NCBI GenBank assembly: GCA_950097015.1
Contig: CATNEN010000011.1
Span: 1,116,001-1,180,000, forward strand
From: Macrostomum hystrix
Lineage: Eukaryota; Animalia; Platyhelminthes
DNA length: 64,000 nt
Direction of reading: 5' to 3'
The position numbers were made by a program, and so were the translations under genes. A model generated the notes under the pieces. It ran no database searches. It had not been told where the DNA came from and worked only from the letters and a program-made list of their open reading frames with translations. Positions 63,328 to 64,000 of the stretch are shown here, piece after piece (the first letter of the stretch is position 1; each line of letters opens with the position of its first letter).

Positions 63328-63770
63328 GTGAGGCCGGTTTTATGTGTCTAAGGGGCTGTGTACCAGGTGAGGCCGGTTTTATGTGTCTAAGGGGCTGTGT
63401 ACCAGGTGAGGCCGGTTTTATGTGTCTAAGGGGCTGTGTACCAGGTGAGGCCGGTTTTATGTGTCTAAGGGGCTGTGTACCAGGTGAGACCAATTCTAAG
63501 TGTCTAAGGGGGCTGTGTACCAGGTGAGACCGATTCTAAGTGTCTAAGGGGGCTGTGTACCAGGTGAGACCGATTCTAAGTGTCTAAGGGGGCTGTGTAC
63601 CAGGTGAGACCGATTCTAAGTGTCTAAGGGGGCTGTGTACCAGGTGAGTTTTATTTATTGGGGGCTGTGTACCATGTGAGGCCGATTTTTTAAGTGTCTA
63701 AGCGGGCTGTGTACCAGGTGTGACTGATCTTAAATATCTGAGGGGGGCTGTAAGGACTGTACCTGGTGAG
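63313..63770 (+). repeat. 39/40-bp tandem array built from the XRN2 exon-2 end plus its 5' splice site
   Basis: gggctgtgtaccag|gtgaggccggttttatgtgtctaag repeated. Confidence 0.95.
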
Positions 63771-64000
63771 GCTGATTTTAAGTGTCAACGATTTCAATCG
63801 TCTTGGATAACTGTGTATCAAGAAAAGGCAGTTAAAATTTACAGTTATATATCCTTATCTGTTAGATGACTGCTCAGAAAAATATTTTTAGTTGTATTTA
63901 AGCATTATTTACTTAGCATGCTACTGACTTACAATTAATAAGTAGTATAAAAAAGAACAACCAAAAATTGCCCACCAGACCGGCGGCTGGCTAACCGACT

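Overview
Eukaryotic (metazoan) genomic DNA with GT-AG introns, many intronic minisatellites and tRNA-derived SINEs. The repeat style and gene set (USP, Mx-like) suggest a flatworm such as Macrostomum; this is inference. Genes reconstructed by hand from splice sites and reading phase: (1) a 5'-truncated HCN/Ih channel (+, 2165-13588) with three homologous 150-nt exons for the S4-S5 linker/S5 segment, probably mutually exclusive; (2) a short fibrillin-like gene of about 1030 aa (-, ~18057-31034); (3) an orphan gene (-, 33424-34740); (4) VCPKMT/METTL21D (-, 36519-37423); (5) a coiled-coil, possibly HAUS3-like gene (-, 38234-40239); (6) an Mx-like dynamin-family GTPase (-, 46441-50995); (7) a universal stress protein (+, 57225-58577); (8) the 5' part of XRN2 (+, from 61397). 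Also present are two decayed mariner elements, two MITEs, a LINE 3' remnant, two SINE families and about 20 tandem arrays. Most long ORFs in the supplied track are minisatellite artefacts. The strongest candidate for new biology is the HCN S5 exon triplet: the variants differ at residues known to control HCN gating, and the flanking minisatellites share a complementary core that could pair in the pre-mRNA.
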